Made by a program: the position numbers and the translations under genes. Below, piece after piece: positions 23,801 through 38,800 of a stretch of 64,000 bases of DNA. Source of the stretch: Tubulanus polymorphus (Eukaryota > Animalia > Nemertea); NCBI RefSeq assembly GCF_964204645.1, contig NC_134032.1, positions 9,412,275 through 9,476,274 on the forward strand, written 5' to 3'. The number at the start of each line of letters is the position of its first letter. Position 1 is the stretch's first letter. The notes under the pieces are model-generated. The model had not been told where the DNA came from. It worked only from the letters and a program-made list of their open reading frames with translations, and made no database searches.

Positions 23801-26800
23801 CATCAGGAAATCCATTCATATTTGAAAACTCTCTCTTCCATGATACGTAGTCTCGTCGAAACGTTTGTCATTTTTGGCCACAATTTTGGTAGAGCTTCTA
23901 CCACAATTTAGCTAATATTTAGTGCACAATTTTTGGCATATTCAGATCATCACTTTGAGACAATTTAGACCGAATTTTGGAGAAAATCAAGGCCTTGTAT
24001 TTGACACATGATTTAATCGCCAATTTGGTCAATATTTTGGTTATAATTTGAAGAAAATATGGTTAAAATCATATCAAGACCGCAATTTGGACAATAATTT
24101 TTTCAAAATTTGAGAAAAATATTTTCTACGAAGAAAACAATTTTCACATGAACATTCTAGCATGATTTATGTTTGGTGCAAACGAACAAATTTTTCTTCC
24201 AGCTGTCCGATTCGAAATTTCCAAATTTCAACTGTACCGATGAGTACGGTAACACAGGGTTACACCTTGCGTCTTACCGTGGACACAAAGAGATTGCTGT
24301 TCTTCTTCTACAGAACGGCATAGATTCCACGATTAAGAATAGTCGAGGTGAGCGCGGGTTGAGGTCTGAATTTTGTTTCAAAATGCTCCTACTAAAATCC
24401 GAAGAAAGGTTTATTGTAGTTTTAGATATTGAGAAGGATTCTTTAAGTTTCTAGAAAAGGAATTTAACTCAGGATCGTGGAATTGCGTCCTGATTTTCGA
24501 ACTTATTTCAAATTTAACTTACCAAAAAACTTGACTCAACTGCCAAACTGAGGCCTGAATTTTAAACTCTTGTCAAACTTGAATCACGACTGCCAATCTT
24601 GGACCTGAATTTTTAACTGGTCAAACTTGACTCACGACTGTTAAACTGGATCCTAAATTTCAAACTCTAGTCAAATCTAACTTGATTTAGTGCCTGAACT
24701 TCAAAGTCAAGTTCAACTCACTATTTTGGAACAAGGTCCTAATTTTCAAAATGTAGAAAGATATTTAAGTCACAGCTTTTAGAACTGGGTACTGAATTTC
24801 ACCTCTTCTATAATGGTATGGTATGTCCAAATTTATGAATTCAACTGATGATGTCAACTGAATTCAAATTTATGTCAAATTCAACTGCTAACCATCGGAA
24901 CTGGGTCCCGATAATGTTTCTTTTTCTCACTGCAGGTCAGATGGCGTTAGAAATGGCTCGTTCCGATAAAATGAAACAGATCCTCGACGTCAAACCGGTG
25001 AAAGAATTACAGAGACGCGTCCAGAGATATGAGGCTCCGCTTTACAAGGTAAAGAGCCTTTCCCAGAATAAGAAGCAACGTAGTCTACGGCAGGGTGGCC
25101 ACTTACGTAGCTGGAAAAGTCAGGGAATTTTATTTTCTCTATCAAAAATGCCAGGGAATAGTCAGGGAATATGGTTGAAAAAAAAGCTTGAAATCAAAAG
25201 AGTGTTGGGGAAATTTGTTAAGATAGTTAGATCACGCATATGATGAAACAATTTCCATCTATGTGTTACCTATTTGACTGTGTTGATTGATTGGAATCTT
25301 AGCAGATCAAGTGTGGGAGAACAACGTGGATGTCATGGAATATTCCGGGAAAGAAATTTTACATGTCAGGGAATAATTTGGGGAAAAGAAAATCAAATAA
25401 AAGTGGCCACTCTGTACAGGAATTAGTGGTAGTTCCACAGTACTGAGTTAAAATTTTACTGTTTACGATTGGAAAAAATTTATCTCTGATGAACCCCCGT
25501 TCTTCAGTCGTGAGTTAATATTTGAGTCTATTTAGTTAAAACACTGCAAATGAACTAATGTTATTTCTGCAGTGTAACTAGACTGAATACTCTGGAACTG
25601 CGTAGACCACGATTTACAGTTGGTAATTAAGATTTTATTGCGTAGTCATTAACTAATTGAAATTGAACTGCTGAACAGGAATATTTTGAATTTCACGTAC
25701 CTACTGACACCCATTCTCTGCATGATGAATATTTTACTCAAGATTCGTTTCTTCGCAGAAATCGAAGATATTCGGTTGGAGAGGATTCTGGGTAGTATTG
25801 GAACGTGGCGTAATGAGTTATTACGGTAGTCGGGCAGATGGCAGCACCGGTACCAGACGTAAAAACTTCAAATATCTCGACGATGCGGTGATCACTGTAC
25901 GTTTATACACATATTTTGATGATGTCATGAGAGGAATCATGATGATGTCATGATAGGAATCATGGAGGCAGTAATCATTTTCTGAAAGTCTATACAAATT
26001 CGATTTTGTCATTGGGGGATTTATGCAAATGCCATGTATGAGCAGTTTAATGATGTCAGAGGGGATTTATGGAGGCTGCCATGTTTTCTGGTAGTGTGCA
26101 TAGTAATAGTTTGATGATGTCGTAGGGGGATTTATGGATGCAGCCATCTTTCCTAGAGTTGTCTATAGGGGTAATTTTATGATGTAATTGTGGGTTTTAT
26201 GGAGGCGGCCATCTATTCTGGAATCATCTATGGGGTAATTTGATGATGTAATAGGGCAATTTATGAAGGTGGCCATATTTTCGTGAAAGTTTGATGATGT
26301 CATAGGGTGAATATTGGTATTAATCGTTTTATCTAGCCTCATCGTAAAGATCGAGACGCTTTCACTATCAAGTTCTCCGACGAAACCAGTCACATATTAA
26401 GCCTGGGCGAGCACTGCGACCAACCGGAATTGAGTAAACAGAAGTGGTGGAACGCATTCCGCGAGCACATCGATTACAGCACGTATTACACGAAATGCGG
26501 TAGTAACTATGACGACGACGACATCGCAGACTTGTTGCCGTTAGGTTCGATGCAGGACGTGCTGAAAGTAAGAAACCAGTTTTTTTTTTCAGGAAAATAC
26601 AAATTTTTCTAAATTCGGTTGACGTAAATGACCGAAGTAAAATATTGGTAACTAACAGCACACTGCGCTTTGATGTAGTGCCCGTTATTCAACACACTTT
26701 GTGGAATTTTTTTAAAGATTTCCAATTATCTCTTGCACTTTTGGGTATTAATTAGTCAGCACTAAAAGGCTTAATGCGAAAATCTTTTCTTGTTTATTCA

Positions 26801-29800
26801 GAGCGCTCAGGCAAATCAACAAGTTCTCGAAAAACAAATGGCCGACGTCACGAGTCAAATTCATTCGATGAGTGAAACTCCAAACGCAAAAGTAACATCA
26901 GGTAGGAAAATTTTTTTTTTTTTACAAGAACCATGAAAAATCACATTATTTTCTGTGGTGACCCGTATTTAGATAGTAAAAATAGGATAGTTGGCAAAAA
27001 ATTTCGCTTTGATAAAGAAATGATTTTTTCTAAATGAACAATCAAAATATTTTGTTCTCAGTAATTCAGGCTGGGTCCGAGGGGTCCCGAATTATAGCGT
27101 TTAAGCAAATTTTACCAATTTCCACGAACGGGATTGAGTGGATTATCAGTGCTAAGTTTATGTAGGGTTTACCGTAGGCCTACACGGATATATTAGCGCA
27201 TTTTTCATCATTTTGAAAAAATTCTTGAAAGTTTTAGTGTGAGGTTTAGTGTTGAGTTAAGCCAGTAGGTCGCGCCGCTGTAGTATTATGAACAGCTGTT
27301 GAATAGAAGAGAGAGAGAGAGAGAGAGATACCAGCAGCATGCAGCAGACTAGAGCGAAATATTATTTTTATTTGTGTAAATAACAATCCCGACGCTCACA
27401 CCACACACACACACACACACACACACACGTACGCTCACTTGCCGTAGTAAGCTCTCTATACGTCTATAGTGAAGTGAACTATACTAGTACAATAGAGAAT
27501 ATTCCATGTATTCACAGCAAGGTCGGTGTAGCCAAGCCGCGTCGAATCTCGCGATTTGATGACAATTTCCCGCAGTCGTAAAAAAACTGACATCAATTTA
27601 AACGGATTTAATTCGGTGATTTACGCGTTCTTGTGCGCGGCGTTGTGTCATCTACGGAATATTCATTTCTCGTTCAAAGTTTCGGTTAGTATGTAATTAT
27701 TGCTGTAATTCCTTTTCAGATCCGGTTTTATAGACCTGGTGTTTATGTCGTAGACCAGTTTTAACTTAGACCCCTGGTTTTGGTTTCATAAATCAAGTTT
27801 AAGTCAAACCCAGGCGCTGGGTTTATAAACGAGTGTTGAATTTTAAAGAGCAGTCTTAACTCAAATTTGTGGGGCTGGTCAAGTAAAGCAGGTCTAACTT
27901 CAACCATTAGGACTGATTTTTGGACTAGACCAGTTTTTAAACCTGGGGGATGGTTATATAAACCAACTTAACTTAAATTAGTGGGGCTTGTTAGGTAAAC
28001 CAGGTCTAACTTCAACGATTAAGACTGATTTTTAGACTAGACCAGTTCTAACAAAGGGGTGGTTTCGTAAACCAGTATTAACTTAAAAGAGCAGTCTTAA
28101 CTTTAAACTGGTGCTGGTTAAATTAACCAGGTCTAACTTCAACCACCAATACTGATTATCTTTTAACTAGACCAGATTTAATATCAAACCCAGGGGCTGG
28201 TTTTATAAACCAACTTTAACCTTAGGGGCTGAGGATAGGAAATGAAATATTATGCAGCTTATGCTGTCTGGTTTTCTAAATTTGGTCTGTAATATTTTAT
28301 TTCCGATCACTGGATTTAAAAACCAATTTTGACTTAATCCCCGGGGCCTGTTTTTTTTACAAACCTGTTTTGACTTAACCCTGGGGCCAATGATTTATTT
28401 GTTTATACAGCGCTATACCATAAAATGCTATAACATGATCATAGCGTGTTGCCTAAAAGGTATCGGACACTAGTTTAAACTTGATAGACAAGTTTTAACT
28501 AACTTTAATTTACTGATTAAGTAACTGTAGTTTTTTTGATTACTTTTATTAAGTGAACAGGATTTCAAAAGGCCGACACTGCGAAAGGGGTATATTTTTA
28601 GAAAAAAAAAGAAATATTTTTGAACTGAATTATTCATGAAATAACTATATAGGCTTTCATAACAGTGAACTATAACAAATTTTGAAATACTGGGGTCGCA
28701 GTTGAGTCTAGAAATATGGCTTTGTTGACTAGCCAAGAGGATTATCGAAATTACTAGACCGTGGACTTGCGTCAGCCACGTCAACATCGCAGTTAAGATT
28801 CTATGTTTTGTGAAGTAAAAGAACTTTTTGTAAAGTATATCGGATTTTAGGCAACATTTCGACCGCAGGACAGACACTGGTAGCGGTTTGCTGATAAATC
28901 TTCTCAGATAGATAGAAAATGAGGGTATACCAATGTATACGTTTGTGTTATGTTTGTAAAAATAGGAGTAGTTCAAGTGGATTTTGATATTGATTTTTCA
29001 GCGGGAGTTTATTTGCTCTAAATATCGAGTGTCTCTATTTGTGGTATGTTTGAGATTTATCTAACCAGGTGTGTGGACTTTTTATATAGAACTGACATTT
29101 TGGAATAACATACTTATCAATTAACTTCGATTATAGAAATAGTAATACCACTGATAATGATAGTACTATATTTAGGCATCTTATGTAACTCGTTAAAAAT
29201 CTCGACTCACAACTGAGGAACTTGTTCCATTTATCTAACTTTAAGCGCAGGACTCAGGTTTCGCAGTAAAATTCAACTCAAATGTCTTGTTAAATTCCTC
29301 TTGACATTTTCAATGAAGATGACAATAATTTCAGCCTAAATTCTTCGGCGCGAATCGGACCCATGGGTACGATTTTGTTTTTACCTAAGGCCTGACTTTG
29401 TAGACCCAGTTTATGTGTCGATCAGGCTTAAGAAGGCTTAAAACTGACGCGACCTAAGTCTGTAAGTCGCGAACGTGTGGGTGGATAGTCCTATCCTCCT
29501 TATAGATATAATTATCACGTTCGTTAAACGATGATTAACGCGATAATTATTGCGATATTTATTGTCGCCCGTGCTTCGAGAAATTATTTGTCACGTCTAA
29601 AAATACAGGCCTCAGCGTCATACTAACTAGGGGGTCATTGCGGGTGATCTGTGTCAGCGACGATCTCATCGCTCGCTCGGTCTCTGCTCGGCTGTTGTGC
29701 GTAGCGTAAAAGATTTCTACCATAAACTGTTTACGTGTTGCGAGTTGGAAATCTCTGTCGGACCTGATGAACCCCTTCTGCTGAATCCACCCGTTAAGTC

Positions 29801-32800
29801 CTCTTCTGACGTTTAGTTTCCCGGACGTTTATGAGCCTATAGCCGCGATCACACGGAGACTATTTGGTCCGGGTCAAATTTGGCCCGTGCCTAATTAGAG
29901 AGCGCGTTCACATGCAAAACATTCACTCGATACTAAATAATGCTCAAACAAAGCGGAGTGGGTCATTTCTGGTGCCTGCAATTCAAACGCAATCATTTGT
30001 CTGGTGCTAAAATTTGGCTCGGGTCTGGTTCGACGTTTTTGGTTGGGCCAAATTTGGCCCGGGTCAAACAGGCTCGGGCCCATTTGGCACCCGTGTGAAC
30101 AGTTGTTCCGGGCCAAATTTGGCCCGGGCCAAAAATGCTCGTGTGATCGCGGCTTTTAAGTCCCACAATCACAGGATCGAAATAGTTTTTTAAAAAATCG
30201 AAAAAGATTTCAAATAATCTAACAAGATTATTTGAAACATCAGAAATATTTCAGGTGGTTTCTACCACCCTTCTAGAGTCCAAAATGAGTCCCGAAATAT
30301 TTCTAATATTTTGAATAAACTTTTTAAATCAATTCATTTATCGTTGGATTTTACTCACCGTTTCATCACGGATATTGTGATCCATGACTGATTCATAGTG
30401 TCTAATAACTCCTCAGAAAATTCAAGGCAAAATCCAAGTTTCAAGACGATACCGAATAGCTCATTTCCAGTTTATTTTCATTATTACAATTTTTATTTAT
30501 TTATTACAAGTGTGTGTTTTTTTGTTGTAAATAGTCAAGGCTTTCATATGATATAGGACTTGGTGGACCACCAAAATCGTGTCCTTTTGGCCCCTCGAAA
30601 TTCATCCAAACTTACTTGGATTTGAAGTGAGCGCTCAGAGCTGTCATGTTCCTACCCTGAATACTCAAGAATTTCAAATAGGTAGATGTTGACTTTTGTA
30701 CGGTATTCTGAGCACATGGGTGTCTAGTTTATCATACGCTGTTGGGTTCGAATCCCACTACAACCGTTTCAGGATGGATTCCGGCAGCTTGAGGAGTAAT
30801 AGGCCAGGGGGATACGGGCGGCTTGAGTGCTAATAGGATATAGTCGAACTGTCGAAAAAGCTACAAACTCAAGGAAACATTTTTGGACTTAATATTATTT
30901 TTTAGTTGTTATCTCAGGATTCTCTACATATTTTATTACGGAAATCTTGAATTCGCGTAACTATGGAGACAACGCGTTCGTCTCAGTACCAGGGTCCGTG
31001 GGTTTAACCGCTTCGGTCATTAAAAGGTTCTAATAAACCGGAAGATTGAGCCATATGTCGGTTCATTATTCTTCGATTTGATGGTTCGTTCGTATAACGT
31101 AAGCTGCTGCCGTGTTAATTCGGTGGCTTAAACTGACAATTAGGATTTTCGTACCCGTGGTCAGTGAATGGTCAACGCGTGGTCGAATTCTGGACATGGA
31201 TCAATGAATCGACGTATGACCCTAAAACGAGGCATGAACCTGCCTAATTTTAGTCAGGCAAGCTAAAGAATAATGCCGTCCTTTGACTGTAGTAACCAAT
31301 CATAATTTCAATGAATCGTTGAAGTCATTGAGAATAAGAAAGTCGTCATTAGTAACTAATCATAATTTCATTGAATCGTTGAAGTGATTGAGAATAAGAA
31401 AGTCGTCATTAGTAACCAATCATAATTTCATTGAATCGTTGAAGTGATTGAGAATGAGAAGGTCGCCATTAGTAACCAATCATAATTTCAATGAATCGTT
31501 GAAGTCATTGAGAATAAGATAGTCGTCATTAGTGACCAATCATAATTTCAATGAATCGTTGGTGAGAATGAGAATGTTTTAGTATCTAACCATACCGGGA
31601 TGAAGGCAGTGATGAAATAGCAATTAATCATAGCACAATTTTGCTTTTGATAACCCATGAAAATAACTAAAAATTTGAAAGAAAATTCTAAGGGTATTGT
31701 GAGAAACCGGCGAAGATTTCTAATGCACGGACTGGAATCGGCATTGACGAAATGCAGCTATGGGTTTGAATACATAGAAAGATAATTTACTGCTAGTCAA
31801 GTTCCGATTATGGGTATTCAAGTGCACATTTTCCACGGCTAGAGATGTAAACAGGGCTTTGTATAAAACCTAAATGTGTCATTTATTTATTTGCTGTTTT
31901 CAAGGCGTTCATTGTGTTCTAGGTTATGAGTGAGAAGTAAACATGCTGGGTGGTTGAAAATTGTATGTATGTTTGTTCATGTACTTCGGTACTCTGGACT
32001 ATGTCTGTCGTCTATTGGAAGTCGAGGTCGTTGGTTTTCCATGCCCGTGAACTGGGTCCAGACACATTTATTTCACTTATTTTACTTGTCTCAAAACCTG
32101 GCCTTAATCCTTTCAGCACAGGTGCTTTGATGATTTAAAAAGCTTCCACCCCAGTGAATCGAGTAACCATCTACACCGCGGTGCGGTGTATCATTAGTTA
32201 CTATGTTTAACAGATGCTGCTATCTTTCAATGGAGATAGAAACTAATTACTGATAACGTTAACACACCGCAATGTGGTGTACCAGTGATGGCCATTTGGT
32301 GATTTATACACCGCATTGCGGTGACGTCACACTGAAAGGGTTAAAAATTCAAACTGATACGGAATATTCAAATGGAACTGGATCCTATCTTAAGGCCTCT
32401 AAATCATGAATCTTAAACATCGTTTCTTAGGGTTAGAGTTGAAAATGCTCTCTGAGTTCATACGTATAGCTCTGGGACCAGTTCCATTTGCGAAACGAAT
32501 CACAGGACCCTGTTCTACAGTTTGCGGTAATAGATTTGCCCAGGGTGAAAATCTGATCTGAAAATCGGGGAATTTTTGGGGAATTTTGGAGATTGTTAGG
32601 TGGTGCTTGAAATCAAACAGTTTTCGTCCGTCTTACGTTTTGGGTGTTAATTGATTGAATGCTTAGCAGATCAAGAGTCAGGGAAAACAACTTGGGTGTC
32701 GGGGAATATGCCAGGGATAGAGTCAAATGAAAAATATGCCAGAGATAGAGTCAAATAAAAGGGGCCAACCTGTTGAAATTCGTTCATTACCATTTGTTGA

Positions 32801-35800
32801 TAATCAAGTTTTTACCGGGAATGATGGAACTGGATTCTGTAATTGAACTGATTTAGACTAACGAGTCAAACTTGAGTGCAACTGTGGAACTGGATGCAGC
32901 GGAAATGTTGAATCGGGCCTGTTTTTAGGTGTCTATATGAATTATCTTATGACTGTAGAATTGACATTTTCACTGTTTTATGGCTCGGTAACTAGAGTAT
33001 GATATATTGTGGCTCAATTATCAAATCATTATTAATAACATAGTCAGAATATATCATAGAATATGTCATTCATTCATTCACCCAGCGCATGCTATGCAGG
33101 CAGGCAGGCAGGCAGGCAAATACGCCACGTTTGGTAAAACAAACCACATATGTCACAGGCGCGCACGCGTCCCATTCCGAGTGCATTAGCACTAAACAGC
33201 AGTACTGTTGCCCGGAGTTACAACAGGGACAACGGAACCTCTTACATGATGATGAACTTCAGTCGACCAGAAAATCTGTGATCAGCTACAGCCGGGCAAA
33301 TCTGAATGAAATTACAGCTGCAGCAGCGTATTCAAATTACAGTATAGGGGATGAAAAACCAGGTTGATGTCTCCACATAATTTCAAAACCAGTTGTATCA
33401 CAAATACGAGGTCTGAAAATATGACGAAAACCCGCTATGTACAAATAAGAAGTATTTAAAGTAATCGAGAATTTATTTATTAAGAAAAAATATCTAAATG
33501 ACAGGATGCTTCGATCTCACCCTACAGATCATCGTCAGGGCCTGGTTTTATAGACTGGTATTACCTTTAACCCGGGGGCTAACGTAATTGATAATGAATT
33601 GATATCTGCTTTATAAACAATAGTTCTCGATGTATAGAAATATGTCAAATTTCTGTATCTTATTTCGGCAGTGTTTGGGTATAAACTGGTTGCGGGCGCT
33701 AACTTATTCTTTATATGATCAGATATTCTATTAACTGTATTATCGGCCGCATTAAAACTGTTGAGATATTTATACGACAGCCATTGTGGCTTATTGCCAT
33801 CGTGAACTAATCTATTCAACCTTTGTAAAACCTTATTTCTTGGCCTCTTGACTATAGGTACGTACTTAATGTTACTTGACACATTCGGAATTCCATTGAG
33901 AAAAAAGCTGATCGAAATAGATTTCGCGGTTATTAGGGTTTTCCATTCGACTCAGAAGCCTTTTTTTAAGTACACGCGGAGTGCAAATTTTATTCAGGGC
34001 AAAAATATTTCAAATATTTTTCTTTCCATTAAAAAGAAAGAAAAGAAATCAAAGTTAGACTTTTTATATAATTCGAGTATTTTTCACACATTGGAAGGAG
34101 TGCATAAAAAGAGTGAAAATTGTGTTGGATTCAATTTGAATGATGGGAGAAGAAAGAACAAACTTTTAAGAAAAAATATTAAGAAATTTAGACGGAAATA
34201 TAAGAAATCGGTAGATTGAAAAGTATTTGTTAATTAAGAAAGGCATTACTATTGAAATGATGGGGGAAGCTAGCTTTAGAATAAAGAGTTATTTTGAAAA
34301 TCCTAAATCGAAAATCGGTATTATTTTAAGCTATGACTCAAGTATGATAACCATTGATAAAACGCGACATCCGTGTTTTGATGATGTAAAGAATCTCACA
34401 ATGAGAAAGGAGAAAATATAACATCGAATCCGAAAATGTTTCCTCGAGCTAGTAGTTAATTCGAAATTTCGACTATATTCTAATAGTCATTTTCGGGAAT
34501 ACTGTACGAGTGTTTGCGAAGATAACTATTAGAACATAGTCGAAACGTCGAATAAACTACTAGCTCGAGGAAACATTTTCAGATTTCATATTATTTTTTT
34601 CGTTATTATTGTCGAATACATCAAGTAGGCTCTTTCGGACGATGGCAACATTGACCTTTACCTTAACTAACCGCCGGGTGGGGACAGTAGTTTCCGCCTG
34701 GTCAGACGGACGCGGCCCAGTACCCGCGCACGGCAATTAGCGAGATATCCGCTCAAACAAGCGTCATAAGCCGGTGACATTTTATATAGGAGCGTTTGTT
34801 TTTGCCTATTGTTCATAGTCAAAGCTCAGACCAGTTTGGCCTGTACTTGATTTCAAAGCGACTCGGTTACCTATAATAAAACTCAGTTACCTGTTATTCC
34901 TGGAAGCGGTTTGACAGTCCTCACACGTTTTACACATTTTCGTATATTCGCGCCACGAGGATATATACTCTGTAAACAGTGTCGATTTTGAGGAATATTT
35001 TGTGTAAGGTCTGTAATTTTGATAACATCTATATATTGTTTAAACAGCGGTATTGCTAGGCCTATATGAAAGGCAATCAATTTTAGGAGTTTTTTGTGAG
35101 CACTATAATGGGGCTTGTTTATGGTCCACAGTTGTATAATTTGACTATGGACACTTCCACAGTTGTGTGTGTTTAAAGGCTGGCTTATGTCGACAAGCAA
35201 CGCGACGCCTACCGACTCCTACCGACGCATTCGCAGCAACTGAGGCCAACTATCGGGATACGAGATCCTCCCAGTTGCTTCCCTGCTTATGTCGGTTGCG
35301 ATTAATAGCAACTGCAACGGCTCAAATGGTCACGTGATAAGCATTTTGAGAATAAATTTGAATTATTAGGAAATATATTTCTATTAGAAAAGCTATTTCT
35401 TTAACACTTTGATCTTTCTGATTCTGTTTTGAATACAACGTGCTAGCGATATCATATAAAGATGGCCGCTCACACCATGATTCTAAAAATTTCGTTTCTA
35501 GATCTTCGGTCCAGTCCTCTGCCGTGCTGAAGGTTTGGTTTACGTTTTGAACTACTTGAATTTGAAAGTTTATGACTAATTACGAATGACGCTAACTAGT
35601 GGTGATAATTTGTACTATGTATATGCGGTCTTTCATTGGCTGGAACTAGCCGGATACGGCTTGTGACGGGTCGGTAGGCGTCGCGTTGCCGTCGCAAGCC
35701 GGGTTATGTCGAACCGATTGAGGAGCAACTGGCGGCCTCTCGTAGGCCGCTGGTTGCCGCTAATCGGCGATAAACCCAGTTGCGTCGGTAGGCGTCGCGT

Positions 35801-38800
35801 TGCTTGTCGACATAAGCCAGCCTTAATAGGACTCTGGATCAAGTTCTACAGTTGTGTGGGTTTAATTTGACTATGGACACTTCCACAGTTGTGTGTGTTT
35901 AATAGGACTCTGGATCAAGTTCAACAGTTGTGTGGGTTTAATTTTTGACTATGGACCCAGTTCCACAGTGGGTTCAATTGGACTCTGCGTCCGGTTCTGC
36001 AGTTCTGTGAGTTTGATTTGACTGAGGATCCAGCTCCACAGTTGTGCAAGTTAGATTTAAATCTGAATACAGTTTCACAGTTGTGTGGGCTCAATTTAAC
36101 TGTGGACCCAGTTCCTACAGTGGCATTGCTCTAATTGGACTCTGGCTCAAGTTCGATAGTTGTGTGGGTTTGATTCGACGCTGAATCCAGTTCGATAGTT
36201 GTGTGGGTCAAATTTGTCTCCGAATCCAGTTCCATATTTGTGTGGGTTTGATTTGACAATGGACCGACAGTTGTGTTGGTTTATGAGTTTGTCACTGTGC
36301 ACGTTCAAATTGACTCCATCGAATCCATGTATATTCTAACAACAATAGCAATCTGCTACAAGTTCCAGTCGCTTATTTATCTCAAAAAACAATTCAATAA
36401 ATTCGATTAGTACGAAGTGCCTGGTGCGCGACGCGTCGAGGGTTTCAGTTTGCGAGGCCGAACAGCTGCTGATATCGTCGTAAAAACTGAAATTTATAAT
36501 TTGCGTTTGTAAAAAAATTTGACGAAAATAGTAACTGCGTATTTGACCGCGTTTTATCGTCGAATTGGTTTCGTTTGTCGAAAAAGGAACGCTTAATTTC
36601 ACGGTCATTCAGAGATCCAGACGTTAACCGCAGGCAGTCAAGCGCACTTAACGTCATTTTCTTGTTTACGGCAAATATTGTCCGGATTAGACTTATCCCT
36701 GGATTATGCCGATCAGGATTAAACTGGTTCGACTGTACTTTTATTTCATCACCGAATTATTCCTATAGATACATAAATGATGGCCGCCTACGTATGAAAC
36801 CCTCTATGACATCATCAAATTGATCTGCAGTAACTGGCCTTAAATAGATCATCAAAATAAACAGGGCGGCCACTGATGTGGATAGCCTGGAAAACTCAGG
36901 GAATCAGAAGAATCTAGAAAGAATCAGGGAATTTGACGAATTTTATCGAATAACATGGAAAACTCTGGGAATTCGGATAATGCTGTTGACCACGTGTTTC
37001 TTTATCTGTACATGATTCAATGAAAAATGAATGAATTAAAACATTTTAAACATAGAAATTTCTCTGATTCACTCAGGGAATTTCGTTTTATCATTTAATC
37101 CATTTTGGTTGATGAGAATATCATGGAAAACTCAGGGGCCAGTTTTATAGACTGGTATGAATTTAACCTGGGGGTAACTCGATCAAAAATGCATTGAGTT
37201 AATCCCCGGGTTAAAGTTAATACCAGTCTATAAAACCGGCCCCAGGGGATTTGTAAACGGGTGGAAAGTGGCCGCCCCGTTAAACTATCGCTCTGACCAT
37301 GACTCTATATACTCTTGAGAGTAAAAAGCCACGAGTCGTGTACGGCCGCCGAATTTTATTTCGACATCTGCTGATTACAGAATATCAATAGATAATAGTA
37401 ATAAATATTTGTACGTTATCTGTATACAGATTGATACCTGTATTGATAATATATTTGTATTTGAGGTTGCATTCTGACCGGCGCTCAAGTTTATATAGAT
37501 TTATGCATTTCAATGACCCCCTCCCCCCCCCCCCCCCCGTCGTACGTCGTACTCTCCCTTCAGCCTCAATTCCCTCATCTGCACTGCCCTCCCGTAGCGA
37601 TGCCTGGATGATTTTGATTTTCCGATTTAGTTAGGGACGGTTACGTCAAAGCCTTCGGGAGGATTCTAAATCTGATTACGACCTGGTGTTTTAATGCTGC
37701 GTGCGCTTCGCACTAAACGAACATCGTCCGTAGAATCAACACCGCTGCGGCGAGTGAAGATTCCACTTGTGGCAAGTGAGGATCCGCCGAGTGTACTTAT
37801 ACGAAGTAGGACATTGACTACTGTGGAAATCGATATCCACCAGGTGTTGCTTGTATGCAGTAGGACATCAACTACTGTGGTAATAGAGGATTCCACTTGT
37901 GGTAAGTGAGGATCCACCAGGTGCGCTAGCGTGCAATAGGACATTTAGTACTGTGGCAATAGAGGAATCAACTTGTGTCAAGTGAGGATCCACCAGGTGT
38001 CGTTAGTGTGCAGTAGGACATTTAGCACTGCAGCGATAGATGATTCCACTTAACTTGTAGCGAGTGAAGATCCACCAGGTGTCCCTAGTATGTAATATGA
38101 CAATTTGTACTTCGGCTATTTGATTTAGAATCTATTCGATTCGGCTGGCACCATAAGGTCTATAGGCACAATTTGATGATGTCATAGGGTGATTCGTGTA
38201 AGCAGTTTACCACATATTTTATATATATATCTCAAACAGGTCATCCTATAGTGGGGAGAGACATCTGTGCAGTGTTTGTCCTCTGCTGCTCACAGGAGGA
38301 GATGACGTCAGTTAGTTTTGAGCACAGCTGTCGTTCTCCGATCGATTGAAGCCTATAACTTCATATATACGACTTTAGAATCATTAGCTATAGGCTTAAA
38401 CGTATATAAGACTCGTTCGCACGCGCTTATTGAAGAATGATATCGTAATACGAGGTATAAGGCGGAAAATGTTCGGAATATTCTGTTTCGTGGATAATGA
38501 TTGTATTACTATGATTCGCACGTGACGTGTATAAGGTTGTTTTCACTTATCATACAAAGAATTTCTGCTGAAGAGTCTCTTTTTTGACATTACGAATGTG
38601 ATGATTCAATTTTGAAATTGCTTAGCAAATAGTCAATGGAAAAAGGTTTTATTGTTCAAGTGGTTTTATTTCTGCATACTTGAATCAAGGGATCTTTCTA
38701 GAACATTGTAAGGTTTTCTCTAGAATCATCGTTTAGTTATTTCATTGAGTAAATAATTGAGGCGGCCATCTTTTCTGGAAATGTCTACAGGGATAATTTG

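Noticed and set aside
28470-28976. 168-aa minus-strand ORF
   Set aside because: Low-complexity AT-biased composition, no motif and no ATG start
30745-30760. GGTTCGAATCCC B-box suggesting another tRNA
   Set aside because: No cloverleaf or A-box; part of an interspersed repeat also present at about 62200
31291-31560. Regular 60-bp periodicity resembling a CRISPR array
   Set aside because: Whole units repeat with no unique spacers, there are no cas genes, and the context is eukaryotic; it is a minisatellite
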